Made by a program: the position numbers and the translations under genes. From the NCBI GenBank assembly GCA_951406725.2, contig OX597819.1:13392001-13456000 (forward strand): DNA of 64,000 nt. The letters are read 5' to 3'. Source of the DNA: Octopus vulgaris. Its lineage: Eukaryota. Under the pieces are notes generated by a model. It worked only from the letters and a program-made list of their open reading frames with translations. It had not been told where the DNA came from and made no database searches. This document shows positions 13,672-27,400 of the stretch, one piece after another; within the stretch, counting starts at the first letter, position 1, and every line of letters starts with the position of its first letter.

Positions 13672-13854
13672 TTTATTCTTTTATTTGTTTCAGTCATTTT
13701 ACTGCGGCCATGCTGGAGCACTGCCTTTAGTCAAGCAAATCGACCCCAGGACTTATTATTTGTAAGCCTAGTACTTTTCCTATCAGTCTCTTTTGCTGAA
13801 CTGCTAAGTTACAGGGATGTAAACACACTGGCATCAGTTGGGAAGTGATATTGT

Positions 13855-13930
<76 letters not shown>

Positions 13931-14058
13931 GATGGGCTTCTTTCAGTTTCCGTCTACCAAATCCACTCACAAGGCTTTGGTCAGTTTGAGGCTATAGTAG
14001 AAGACATTTGCCCAAGGTGCCATGCAATGGGACTGAACCCAGAACCAAGTGGTTGGTT
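13672..14058 (-). mobile_element. SINE family A; an inverted partial copy follows at ~14130-14335
   Basis: Homology to 58940-59340. Confidence 0.85.
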
Positions 14059-16130
14059 ATAAAATTTTTAAAAATTTCTCGCAAAAAAAAATTAACTAAG
14101 TAATGAAACTTTGATAAAAATAAATCTAAAATGTGTTTGTATTTGTCCCCCACCACTGCTTGACAACTGGTGTTGGTTTGTTTATGTCCTTGTGGTCTAG
14201 CACTTCAGCAAAAGAGACTGGTAGAAAAAGCATTGGACTGAAAATAAATTTGGGGATTGAATTGCTGGACTAAACCCTTCAGGGTGGTGCTCCAGCATGG
14301 TCATAGTCCATTGACTGAAACAAGTAAAAGATAAATGAAAATGGTTGCTCTGTTTGTTTCGGTGAATGTTAACCTCTAAAAATATGGAAGGAAATTGAAG
14401 ACAGAACTGGAATATTTAACCCAATGAAATAATATTTACAAAGATCTATATATCTATATGCTTCAAAATAGAATCAACAATTTCTATAAAATGTTGAATT
14501 TCCACAGGTCCTTGTTGCTAAAAATATTTGGCACAGATAAATTTTGAAAGAAATTGCGTTCTGATCTTTTGTCCCACATTTCTAACCTGATTACTAACGA
14601 AATGACTGTCAGCTATCCCCTGCCCCGTCTCCCAGTCCTTCTTTTCCTCTTTCTTTCAAAAAAAAATCAAATCAAAGTTTAAAAAATACCAAGCATGCCA
14701 AAGAATACAGACTCCTGAACCATTCCTATAAACCACCTTGACACGGCATTGTCTGCATTCTGTTTAGTTGGCACCACATGGTTTCGAAAATAACTTGATG
14801 CTAATTTCGGCTAATCAATAATGTTTCATTATTGAGTTCAGGTTGTGTCTTGGCAGAAGTAGCAAAGTGCAGCACTGTAATGTCACTCTCTCTCCAAATA
14901 CCATGAAGTATCCGATTTCATTCTTGTACATTCTAAGTCCAGGTTCTTCTGCTGGGCTTGGTAAACATAATCACGTTTATCAGTAAAACACTGTGAGAAA
15001 TTAAATCTTTTGACTCTTCCCCTCCATTTACAGTTGAACTTGCTAGAAGTAGCAGCTATCAACCCAAGCCATACAATTTTAAAAAGAAGTTACATTGAAT
15101 AACGTGACACACAGACAGACAAGACATTCATGGTTGGAATAGCTTTAATTATAGACCTTTTCAACCATGGTCGACTGGTTCTAAGCGACATTATTTGAAT
15201 GCAGTGGTTTGTAAAATAAAATCAGTTGTATGATATTTCGTAAAATTAGTGACGTGGCTGAAACATGAGAGAATCCAGCAAAATTTTATAAAGTCACTAG
15301 GATTTGCTTTTCTCTGTTCTGTGTTTGAATTCTTTTGAGGGATGACATTTTTATTTCTTTCAGAGTTAGTAATAGAATAAAATAGTGGAATGGTTCTTGT
15401 TGGTTTATTGAAGTGGCTCTGTCTTCTCCCATCCTTTCCTTTGAGTTTCTTTGTAAAAGATATACTATGATGATGTTTTGTAACCTAATACAGGAACACA
15501 TTTCATCTGAGGGGGTTTGCTCCATCATGTCCAACTTGAGACTATGAAATACAAGAATAACACCAACAACAGCAACATCTCTTATCCAACTCTGAAAGTT
15601 TAACCCTTTTATTCCAACTCACTTAAAATCATGATACAAAACTGTCAGGTTTAAAGTTTTCACATTTAAATTAAAACTATTATAATTTTATGTAAAAACA
15701 TTCTTAGTATTTTCCAAAACCAGTTGGTTAAATAAGATACTTTTAAGGAATTCCAACTATGTTTCATGGTTTGCTACTTCAACAGCTCCTTTATAGGATC
15801 CAGTGGCTAAAGACATCATCTGGGGACATCGTCATATAACAAACAGTGTATTTTGTTAATTAGATACAAAGAAGATAATAATTAAGGAGTGACTTACTGA
15901 TTGGTTTACCATTATTTGCACTCCATTGGTTCCAATGACAACGGTTCCAGCTGATCCAATCACCAGAACAGCCTGATTGTGAAATTAATATGCAAGTGGC
16001 TGAGCACTCCACAGACATGTGTGCCCTTAATGTAGTTCCCAGGGAGAGTCAGCACCACACAGAAAGTGACAAGGCTGGCCCTTTGTAATTACAGGTATTA
16101 CCCATTTTTGGCAGCTGAATGGACTGATTG

Positions 16131-16185
<55 letters not shown>

Positions 16186-16813
16186 AAAGATCCTAACTTC
16201 TCTCTTGGAGAAAGATTGCAAAAACCTTGGAATAATTAACAACCCTTAAAGAAAAGCAAGGATAATTTCTAGAAATTAGTAATTAATCTTTACGGAGATG
16301 TACTTGCATAGCAAGTGATTTGATCTGAGATCTGATTTGATCTGAGTAATTAATCTCTCAAAGTTAATTTGCTCTTTCTTCTTTTCATGTTTCTTGAGCC
16401 CTCCAAGGCTGCTTTCTTGATTTCCACAGTGTATAAGTGATGAAGATCACAATGTGACTCTTGAATGAGGCACTGGACTGCCACAGGAATCAAGGCCAGC
16501 GATTTTTGAAGGGAGGGAACAAGCTGACTACATTGATCCTGATACATGATTGGTCCCTTATTTTGTTGGGCCTGAAGGGAAGACAGGCATAGTTGACTCT
16601 GGTAAGATTTGACTTTGGGATGTAAAGAACCAAATGAAATGCTGCCAAGCATTTTGTCTGACATTTTAACAAAATCTTCTGGCTTTGAATGGCCGTTTTA
16701 GCATGTCAAAGAGAAGTTAAAAGGAAAAGAGCAGAGAGTTGATGTTAAAATGATGATGATGATGATGCCAACTTAGCTTTTCATCCTTCAAGAGTTGATA
16801 TGAATGACTAATT

Positions 16814-17118
16814 CACGTGATCACGTGACCGACCAGTCCATCAGATGTAGTTACACATCGCTGGTCACAATGCGTTCGCATTGTTTTACCCATCGAATGA
16901 CGCCACCCCGCTGGCTAAGCGAGCAGGCCAACAGGAGAAAGAGTGGGAGAAAGAGTGGTGAAAGAGTACAGCAGGGATCACCACCCCCTGCCGGAGCCTC
17001 GTGGAGCTTTTAGGTGTTTTCGCTCAATAAACACTCACAACGCCCGGTCTGGGAATCGAAACCGCGATCCTACAACCGCGAGTCCGCTGCCCTAACCATT
17101 GGGCCATTGCGCCTCCAC
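16814..17118 (-). mobile_element. tRNA-derived SINE family D
   Basis: Minus-strand head ggaggcgcaatggcccaatggttagggcagcggactcgcgg...ggtttcgattccc; TSD atgaatgactaatt; relatives at 12983, 38330, 43915, 52560. Confidence 0.85.
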
Positions 17119-17197
17119 ATGAATGAATGACTAATTACCTGTCCCCAACAAATTTCTGATCTTCTGCCTCATTTAGAAACCATTATTATTATTATTA

Positions 17198-18440
17198 AGG
17201 CGGTGAGCTGGCAAAATCGTTAGAACACTGGGTAAAGTGTTTAGTGGCATTTTGTCAGTCTTTACAGTCTGAGTTCAAGTTCCACTAAGGTTGACTTTGC
17301 CTTTCATCCTTTTGGGGTTGATAAATTACGTACAAGTTATGTACTGGGGTCAGTATGGTTGACTATCCCCCTCCTCCAAATTTCAGCCCTTGTGCCTATA
17401 ATAGAAAGGATTATTATTTTTATTATTAGCATTCCAGACAAATTGCTTATTGGCAATTAATCTTCTGAATTCAAATTTCACTGAAGTTGACTTTGCCTTT
17501 CATGCTTTTGGGACCAATAAAATACATACCAGTTATGCATTGGGGTCAATGTAATCAACTAGCCCCCTTCTGCCAAAATTGTGCATATAGTAGAAAGGAA
17601 TATTATTATTATGTAAAGCAGCAAGTTGGGAGAATCGCCAACACGCTGGGTAAAAATGTTTAGCATCAGTTCAGCCTTCTTTTTATATTCTGAGCTCAAG
17701 TTCCTTCGAGGAGATTGACTTTGCCTTCCATTCTTTTGTGGTGGTCAATGGAGTAAGTACCAGTTGAGTACTAGGGTTGATGTAATCAATTCCCCACTCC
17801 CATCAAAGACAGCTGGCTCTGTGCTGAAATTTGCAACCATTACTACCTCTGCATTAGCGAAGGTATTGTTTCCAGTCGCGTTTCTTTGTTTGTTTGTCCA
17901 TGGTCAAGATATCTCAAGAACCACTTGATGGGTTCGGATGAAACTTTCAGGGATGCTTGGCCTTGTGACTGGCACAAACTGATTAGATTTTGGGATTGGT
18001 CTGGTACCAGAAAAGGATTCTGGATTACTTTTCCTGTTATTGTACTTAACTTTCGAGAGCGGTCGGGTTCATGTTTAGTATGCTGGTTTGTGAGAGCAGT
18101 CGAGTTTATTTCAGATATTCTCATTTTAAAAATCATCTCTAGCTAATCGTTAAGGGGACATTGGTGTTGCCTTGGCAGAGGTTTGCACTCTCTGAGTGCT
18201 CTTGTTATTATTGTTTTTATATGAAGTGGAAAATTGGCAGAATCTTTAGCCAGACATAATGCTTAGAAGCAGTTCATCCAGCTTTACATTGAATTTGAAT
18301 TCCACTGAGGTTGGCTTTGCTTTTCAACCTTTTGGAGTCAATGAAATAAATACCAGTTGAGCACTGGGCCCTATATAATCAAATAGCTTTCTTCTCCAAA
18401 AATTTCAGGCTTTTGCCTAAAATAGAAAAGATTATTATTA
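17198..18440 (+). mobile_element. Cluster of four decayed family-B-like SINEs separated by (ATT)n tails, with a HINE-like element at 17840-18204
   Basis: Four repeats of gttgactttgcctttcatccttttgggg...ccagtt..tactgggg core. Confidence 0.75.
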
Positions 18441-18816
18441 TCATTATATATGTTAATCCCTCAAATATAAAGTAGGTCATCTTTTGTTTATTTAACAACT
18501 AACATTCATGTTTAATCATGTGCATGCTGAGCAAATGTCTTCTTTGCTCATTATTTGTTAATCAATCAATCAAAACTAATGAAGCATTTCTGTTCTGTTT
18601 GTCATGTTCTGTTTCTCAAATCAATTGTAGATTTTGTCATTCATTTGTCTGATTAATAGAGAGCAAGGTGAGGTGTAGAACATTGCTTAGAGGTATTCAA
18701 AGATATTAGCAGCTTCCTCCCAAAAACTTGTGTGGTTACAGATCTGTAGACATGGCAAGTTATTAAGATAGTACTCCAGCATGGCCACAGTCCAGTAACT
18801 GACTAGCAGTAACTGA

Positions 18817-19217
18817 CTAGCAGCATAGCCTGGCGTTGCCCAGGGTATGTAAGAGCCCCTAGTAGGCAACGACTAATCCCAATCTAGTTTTTTCCCTCTA
18901 GGGAACGAAGGCGCATGTGTAGGTTGCAATGTCTTCTCTTCACTCGAATACTTCTATGTATATGATGTTCCTAGCTGTCTCCCGACAGAAAATGTGTTGC
19001 ATATAAAAAGCTTAGATTCTCGACCCCATGTCGAATTTATCGATTTTTTTCAGAACTGGGGGAGCTTTTCAAAATTTTAGCTGCGTTAGTTTTGAATTAT
19101 GACATTGGGCTATGTGTGTGTCAAGTTTCATCAGAATCGGTTGAAAGCCGTGGTCAGGGTGAGGGTACAACCTGACAGCCACACAGACAGACAAACTGCC
19201 GTTTATATATAGAGAGA
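18817..19217 (-). mobile_element. Non-autonomous Helitron
   Basis: Minus strand: A|TCtctctatatataaa start, (ctgt)n, 3' hairpin cctgggcaacgccagg then gctgCTAG|T; no TSD. Confidence 0.85.
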
Positions 19218-21057
19218 TGAGAAATAACTGCTCATTAAAGACAAATGATTGTTGTCTTAATGAGAACAAAGCTGAGAAATAGTAAAATCAAAGAGAAATC
19301 TTCACCATTATAATTTAATGTCCATGTTCCAAGCTGACATGAGTAAAATGGTTTGTTAGGATCTAATCAGTCCAAAGACTCCATTGTGCTCCAATATCTG
19401 CCTTGGCCATAGTGTCTGTGTCTAGATGTCCTTCCTAATGTCAGCCATTTTATTGAGTGCAAACTGGGTGGGGTTTTTTTGTGGCCCCAGCATTAGTCAG
19501 GTCACTATGTAGCTCACAAGACCAAAACCCCCTTCAATTGAGTAGAACTACACAGACTGGGAGGTGAATTTATGCTATGAGATAAAGGGTTAAAGTGCGA
19601 AAGAAGGGGCTAGAACAGAACGGGGGTTTCTTGCTACATGACCACTTACATTATAGAAGAGGAGGTGGGAGTGGATGGAGCTGGAGTAGGATAAATAGAT
19701 AAAATAGGGGTCATGAGTAGAAGTGAGGGGGTGGAGAAGAACAAGAGGAAGTGTGGATGGGTAGAGGTTGAATGAGTGTATGACAGAGTGAGGGGTGGTT
19801 AGAGATGGGAAATGGGTGAGAGGGTGTGTGAATACAATGAAGAATTGATGCTGAGGATAGTATGAAGGGGAGAGTAGGTGATGTCTGTAGAAATTAAGGG
19901 TTGAGGGGTTATATAATGAATGGTGGATAAGGGGTGGCAGGTGACCAATGATATATATGAGGTGTGGGAGAGTAGGAAGTGACTGACAGTGCAGAAAAAG
20001 GTGGGGAGGAAAAGCAACAGAATAGTAATAATAGTTTAATAGAGGAAGGATGAGAGAGAGAGAGATGATGTGTGGTTAACAATGATCAATGTAAAATGTA
20101 GGTGGAGAGGACAGTATTAAGAAGGATGGGTAATCAGTAAAATGGTTCCAGGTAGTAAGAAGAATAAGTGGAATCAAGAAGCAGCTGGTGAAGAGTGCAG
20201 TTCTACGTAATGGAAAGAAATTTCCAAGAAATTTACTTACCAAATTAATTGACATTTTAAAGACTGTTATTGATTTCTGTGCATAGAAGTAATTTTATGA
20301 TAAGAGAAGGGATATGAAATTAGGTGATGTTTATCTCTTTCTTCATGTAAGTGAAACCATATATTTGCAACTTTGGATCAAATTGTGTTTGAAACTCAAG
20401 ACTCAACCCAGATTAATTTGGGTCAAGTTAAAGTTGGACTTTAAATATGGATGTAGTGAGCTTACCATTTACTTTCTTTAAAGTATGGAGGAAGGGACAG
20501 AAACAGGCATGTAACTGTAATCTCTTAACTTTTCACACAGTCACCCCCCCCCACACCTTTTCTACTAATTTCCTACTCAGTCAAGCAGTCTTTAAGCCTT
20601 GTGAGTTACAGGATAACTTTACTCGTGCCAGCGCTTAAAAAAAAAAAACCAAAAACAAAAGGCACCCAGTTCACTCTGTAAAGTGGTTGGAATGAGGAAG
20701 GACCCCCCCCCCAACTGCAGGCATCCAGCCAAGGCAGATATTGAAGAATGTCCCAGTTTTCCAATTCATCAGATCCTATTGGAGCGTGCGATCCACACCA
20801 GCATGAAAGACAGGCATTCAATGATGATAATGATGACATTTAGTTCGTTTCTATCAGTTTGTGCTCATCTTCTCTGGATACCTGAATGTCTATCAATTCA
20901 TCTCTCTCTCCCTCTTTCTCTCTCCCTCTTTCTCTCTCCCTCTTTCTCTCCCTCTTTCTCTCTCCCTCTCTCTTTATATTTAAGGTTCTGCCTTCCTTAG
21001 TGTTTGCCTGTCTCATACTTCCTGGTTTACCAATGAATAAACTATGTTTGTATATAT

Positions 21058-21393
21058 GCATGGCTCAGTGGTTAGAGCGTCAAGCTTACGATCGTGAGGT
21101 TGTGAGCTCGAATCCCGGACCGGGCTGCGTGTTGTGTTCTTGAGCAAGGCACTTTATTTCACGTTGCTCCAGTTCACTCAGCTGTAGAAATGAGTTGCGA
21201 CGTCACTGGTGCCAAGCTGTATCGACCTTTGTCTTTCCCTTGGATAACACTGGTGGCGTGGAGAGGGGAGGCCGGTATGCATGGGCGACTGCTGGTCTTC
21301 CATAAACAACCTTGCCCGGACTTGTGTCTAGGAGGGTAACTTTCTAGGTGCAATCCCATGGTCATTCATGACCGAAGGGGGTCTTTACCCTTA
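21058..21393 (+). mobile_element. tRNA-derived SINE with CORE-like domain
   Basis: A box tggctcagtgg, B box gagctcgaatcc, followed by gtgttcttgagcaaggcactt. Confidence 0.8.
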
Positions 21394-22131
21394 TATAAAT
21401 ATATGTAGGTATGGTGGTGTTTGTGCTTGATTTATCTCCACCACACACTCACATCATCTATTTTGCCCATAAAGACTAGAGACAATAAATATTAACAATG
21501 TCCTGGGATTGTATTCATCAGCTTTCAACCACTCCTTATATGTTGATAAAATATTTGAATCCGAAACCAGTCAAACCCTGACTGGGTTTATCTTGTGACT
21601 TGTGCCAAAGTTTAGTTATTTTTATGCTATTGTATGTAGTAATCATTTATGTTTTCAAGGATTATTTATCTAAATAGGTTATTAAGAAAGCACCTCACTA
21701 CACAAGAGTTCAAAATTAGAATTAAAATACTAGTTTTCATCTTTGTCTCTTGATTTATCATCTAATGTAGAAGAATTTATTACTTTGAAAATGTATTGCT
21801 TTTAAGTAACATTTTCCTTTTGAAGTGATGTCATTCTCATCACTTTTTAAGCTATATTATCTTCTCCAAAGTATTGGAATATTCTGCTATTTATTCAGTG
21901 AATTGTTCCATTGACCAAACTATTGGAATGATCATTAATCGAAATCAATATGAGATCTATTTCCAATATATTTTTATGAGAGGGAAGAGTCTATGTGGCA
22001 ACATATCCGTTTATTTCTATAGTTTTGTAGATACACAAATATAAATATATTATTTCTCTCCATAGAGATAGATATCTATTTATTGATAGTTTGCGGCTAA
22101 ACTAATATATTCTCTCGTTGTTATTCTTCAG

Positions 22132-22219
22132 GTGGACGACTTTATTCTACTGCAGCCATGATCAAAACATGTCAGGCTCAAGTGAGTCTTTGGATACAAC
22201 AATTCACTTACAAGATCGG
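22132..22219 (+). CDS. TMEM63: TMEM63 exon a: WTTLFYCSHDQNMSGSSESLDTTIHLQDR
   Basis: ttattcttcag| ... |gtaagt; 88 nt; joins in phase 0 to the GFCSW exon. Confidence 0.88.
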
Positions 22220-23591
22220 GTAAGTTTGCAACATGGCCACAGTCAAGTGTCTGAAACAAGTAAAAGGATAAAAGAATGCTAAATTTGATAACCATGACTG
22301 TTTGGGATTGTCACTGGACACATTCACTCAACTGTGACAGCTTAAACTTGTGGTGCAAAACATTGTTGCATGACAATTCACTTGCAAGAATGTGTGCGTG
22401 TGTATATGTATGTGTGCATGTATATGTGTGTGTGTACGTGTAGGCATGTGTGTGTATGTGTATATGTATGTTTGTATATATATGTATGTGTGCGTGTATG
22501 TATGTGTGCGTGTATGTATGCATGTGTATATGTATGTGTGCGTGTATGTATGTGTGTGAGTATATATGTATGCGTGTGAGTATATGTGCATGCTTGTGAG
22601 TATATATGTATGCGTGTGAGTATGTATGCATGTGGTATATATGTGTGTATGTGTGTATATATATGTATGTGTATATGTATGTATATAAATGTGTGTATAT
22701 GTATATATGTGTGTGTCTGTGCATGTATATGTGTGTATGTGTGTGTATATATATATATGTATGTCTATATATGTATGTATATGTATATATGTATATTCTA
22801 CTGCAGCCATGATCAAAATATGTCAGGCTCAAGTGAGTCTTTGGATACAATTCACTTACAAGATCGGGTAAGTTTGTGTATATGTGTGTATGCATGTGTG
22901 TGGTTTGTGGGTGGAGGTGTTTCATTCATGCAGGCCTGGTGAGCCATCAAAATTCTCATAGAAATTGACCCATGATAAACAATGATGTCGCTATTAAAAT
23001 TCACAACAGAACGTGTGCAAAATGTGGAAGGGTGTGCCTCTCAGTTGGCGGTCTAAAAAGACATGTTAAGTGAGTGCATACGGTGGCACCTGTTTCTCCT
23101 GCCAGCCAGCACAGTTGTCTAGTATGTAATAAGATGTTTAAAAGCTTGGCCGGGCTTAAAGGTCATATAAGGGCATCACATGGCAACAATTATGAATAAT
23201 TTCAGTGAGTTTTCTTGGCAATGACTTTTCTCCTGTAACGAGGATGAAGCTGTGTGATATATGTGTGTATATGTATGTATGCGTATGTGTATATGTTTGT
23301 ATGTATGTATGTGTGTGTGCGTGTGTGTGTGTGTGTGTATGTAGGTATATGCATGTATGTATGGATATGTGTATGAGTGTATATGTATATATGTGTATAT
23401 GTATATGTGCGTATGTATGTGTGTGTGTGTATATATATATACGTATGTATGTATACATGTGTGTGTGTGTGTATATATATATAAACTCTGCCAGATCAAG
23501 ATTGAAGCCTGGTGCAGCCATCTGGTTCGCCAGCCCTCAGTCATTCATCCAACCCATGCTAGCATGGAAAGTGGACGTTAAACGATGATGA

Positions 23592-23630
<39 letters not shown>

Positions 23631-23889
23631 TACACACACACACGCGTGTGTGTGTGTATATATATATAACTCACCATGTTTGACTGCTGAACTCTACACA
23701 GTTTTTCTCTATCGATTTCTTTTCCGTTTTCTTCTACATTTTTTCCCTCTTATTCCCTTCTGTCGAAGAACATAGGCTCAAAATGTCAAAGTCTTTCCCA
23801 TTCTTCCCGAACATTACACTAATACACCTGCTTGTTGTTCCTTCACCTGTCTTCATCTTTTGTTTTTCTGTAAATTTCAAGTATATATA

Positions 23890-23943
<54 letters not shown>

Positions 23944-24426
23944 CACATGTCTGTGTGTATATACTGCATGGCACCTTGAGCAAATGTCTTCTACTATAGC
24001 CTCACGCTGACCAAAGCCTTTTGAGTGGGTTTGGTAGAGGGAAACTGAAAGAAGCCTGTTGTGTATATATATATATATATAATGTGTGTGTGTGTATATG
24101 TTTCTGTGTCTGTGTTTGTCTTCCCCAACATCGCTTGTCAACCAATGCAGGTGTGTTTACGTCCCTGTAATGTAGCGGTTTGGCAAAAGAGACCGATAGA
24201 ATAAGTCCTGGGGTCAATTTGCTTGACTAAAGGCAGTGCTCCAGCATGGCCACAGTCAAATGACTGAAACAAAAGAACATATGTATTTGTGTGTGTATAT
24301 GTGTTTGTATATGTGTGTGTGTGTGTGTGTGTATATATATGTATGTGTTTGTATGTATTTGCGTGTATGTGTGTGTGTGTATATATATGTATGTGAGTAT
24401 ATATATATATATATATGTATGGGTGT

Positions 24427-24458
<32 letters not shown>

Positions 24459-27400
24459 ACATATATAATTTTAGCAGTAACCACTAGGGTATGATCTTCA
24501 ATGTGGGAGATAGCTATTTGCCAACTAGGGTAAACTATGCCAAAAAAACAAAGTCACACTCCCACTTTCTGCTTGACTGCATAATATTTTAAGAGCTTCA
24601 TTCATTCATACAATATCACAGGTGAATGAGATGTTTGTATAAAATTAAAATCATTCTTTAATGAAAAGCTCTATTTTAAATGTTCTCTTGGTTAAACCTT
24701 CTCCTGCTTCACTGACATCTTGTTTTTGACTGCATTATCCTCACCAAGGCACAATGGCCCAGCTCCAGGAGTTGTTAAGAGGTGTCTGTGGTTGGGGATG
24801 GGCAAAGATCATTACAGTAAACAGTACATTTATTGTGTATATTTCTGGAATGTTTTTTCATTAGCTTTGAACACCCACCACCAAGACAAGAAAAACTAAA
24901 CAAAAAGAGAAAGCAAACACCAAACCCTGTATTAGTTTTAGTTAAGTTATTCTTAAGATATTTAATGTAGGAAACATTAACTCTTTGATGATTTAATAAA
25001 AATGTTGAGTGAGGGCCTTTTTCATTTGTTTGTTGAAATAATTTAGAGATCTCTTTATGTGGCTAACCACTAATGAACTCTTGTATATTACTCTTTTATT
25101 CGTTTCAGCCATTTGACTGTGGCCATGCTGGAGCACCGCCTTTAGTCGAGCAAATTCAACCCAGAGCTTATTCTTTGTAAGCCTAGTACTTATTCTGTTG
25201 GCCTCTTTTTCTGAACTGCTAAGTTACGGGGATGTAAACACACCAGCATTGGTTGTCAAACGATGTTTTGGGGGACAAACACACACACAAACATATACAC
25301 ACACACACACACATATACCAGCGGCGAGCTGGTAGAAACGTTAGCACGCCGGGCGAAATTCGTAGCCGTATTTCGTCTGTCGTTACGTTCCGAGTTCAAA
25401 TTCCGCCACGGTCGACTTTGCCTTTCATCCTTTCAGGGTCGATAAATTAAGTACCAGTTATGCACTGGGGTTGATGGAATCGACTTAATCCCTTTGTCTG
25501 TCCTTGTTTGTCCCCTCTGTGTTTAGCCCCTTGTGGGTAGTAAAGAAATACATATACGACAGGCTTCTTCCAGTTTCTGTCTACCAAATCCACTCACAAG
25601 GCTTTGGTTGGCCCCAGGCTATACTAGAAGACACTTGCCCAAGGTACCACGCAGTGGGACTGAACCCGGAGCTAGCTACTTACCATGCAAAAAATACGTT
25701 AGTGTGTTTATTAGTGATATTGTACATCTATGGCAATTGACTCTTACCTTTTCTTTTGTCTTTTATCTTGTTTCACTCATTTGACTATGACCATGCTGGA
25801 GCACATTTTAGTCAAATGAATTGACTCGGTACTTTTTTGTTTTAAGCCTGGTACTTATTCAATCAATCTCTTTTGCCAAACTGCTAAGTTATGGACACAT
25901 AAACACACCAACACCAGTTGTGAAGCAATGGTGGAAGATACATAAGGTGGCAAGCTGGCAGAAACGTTAGCATGCCCGGCGAAATGCTTAGCAGTATTTC
26001 ATCTGCCATTACGTTCTGAGTTCAATTTCCACCAAGGTCGACTTAGCCTTTCATCCTTTCGGGGTGATTTAAATAAGTACCAGTTATGCACTGGGGCTGA
26101 TTTAATCGACTTAATCCCTTTGTCCTTGTTTGTCCCCTCTATGTTTAGCCCCCTGTGGGTAATAAAGAAATAAATGGTGGGAGACACGTTATCTTTGTTT
26201 GTCCCCTCTATGTTTAGCCCCCTGTGGGTAATAAAGAAATAAATGGTGGGAGACACGTTATCTTTGTTTGTCCCCTCTATGTTTAGCCCCCTGTGGGTAA
26301 TAAAGAAATAAATGGTGGGAGACACGTTATCTTTCTTTGTCCCCTCTATGTTTAGCCCCCTGTGGGTAATAAAGAAATAAATGGTGGGAGACACGTTATC
26401 TTTGTTTGTCCCCTCTATGTTTAGCACCCTGTGGGTAATAAAGAAATAAATGGTGGGAGACACGTTATCTTTCTTTCTCCCCTCTATGTTTAGCCCCCTG
26501 TGGGCAATAAAGAAATAAATGGTGGGAGACACGTTATCTTTGTTTGTCCCCTCTATGTTTAGCCCCCTGTGGGTAATAAAGAAATAAATGGTGGGAGACA
26601 CGTTATCTTTCTTTGTCCCCTCTATGTTTAGCCCCCTGTGGGTAATAAAGAAATAAATGGTGGGAGACACGTTATCTTTGTTTGTCCCCTCTATGTTTAG
26701 CCCCCTGTGGGCAATAAAGAAATAAATGGTGGGAGACACGTTATCTTTGTTTGTCCCCTCTATGTTTAGCCCCTGTGGGTAATAAAGAAATAAATAGTGG
26801 GAGACACGTTATCTTTGTTTGTCCCCTCTATGTTTAGCCCCTGTGGGTAATAAAGAAATAAATGGTGGGAGACACGTTATCTTTGTTTGTCCCCTGTGGG
26901 TAATAAAGAAATAAATGGTGGGAGACATGTTATCTTTCTTTGTCCCCTCTATGTTTAGCCCCCTGTGGGCAATAAAGAAATAAATGGTGGGAGACACGTT
27001 ATCTTTCTTTGTCCCCTCCATGTTTAGCCCCCTGTGGGTAATAAAGAAATAAATGGTGGGAGACACGTTATCTTTGTTTGTCCCCTCTATGTTTAGCCCC
27101 CTGTGGGTAATAAAGAAATAAATGGTGGGAGAAACGTTATCTTTCTTTGTCCCCTCTATGTTTAGCCCCCTGTGGGTAATAAAGAAATAAATGGTGGGAG
27201 ACACGTTATCTTTGTTTGTCCCCTCTATGTTTAGCCCCCTGTGGGCAATAAAGAAATAAATGGTGGGAGACATGTTATCTTTCTTTGTCCCCTCCATGTT
27301 TAGCCCCCTGTGGGTAATAAAGAAATAAATGGTGGGAGACATGTTATCTTTCTTTGTCCCCTCTATGTTTAGCCCCCTGTGGGCAATAAGAAATAAATGG

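Noticed and set aside
4773-22131. Upstream TMEM63 exons (expected WDYGR-type motif)
   Set aside because: No matching exon found; they probably lie before the window, making this one long intron.
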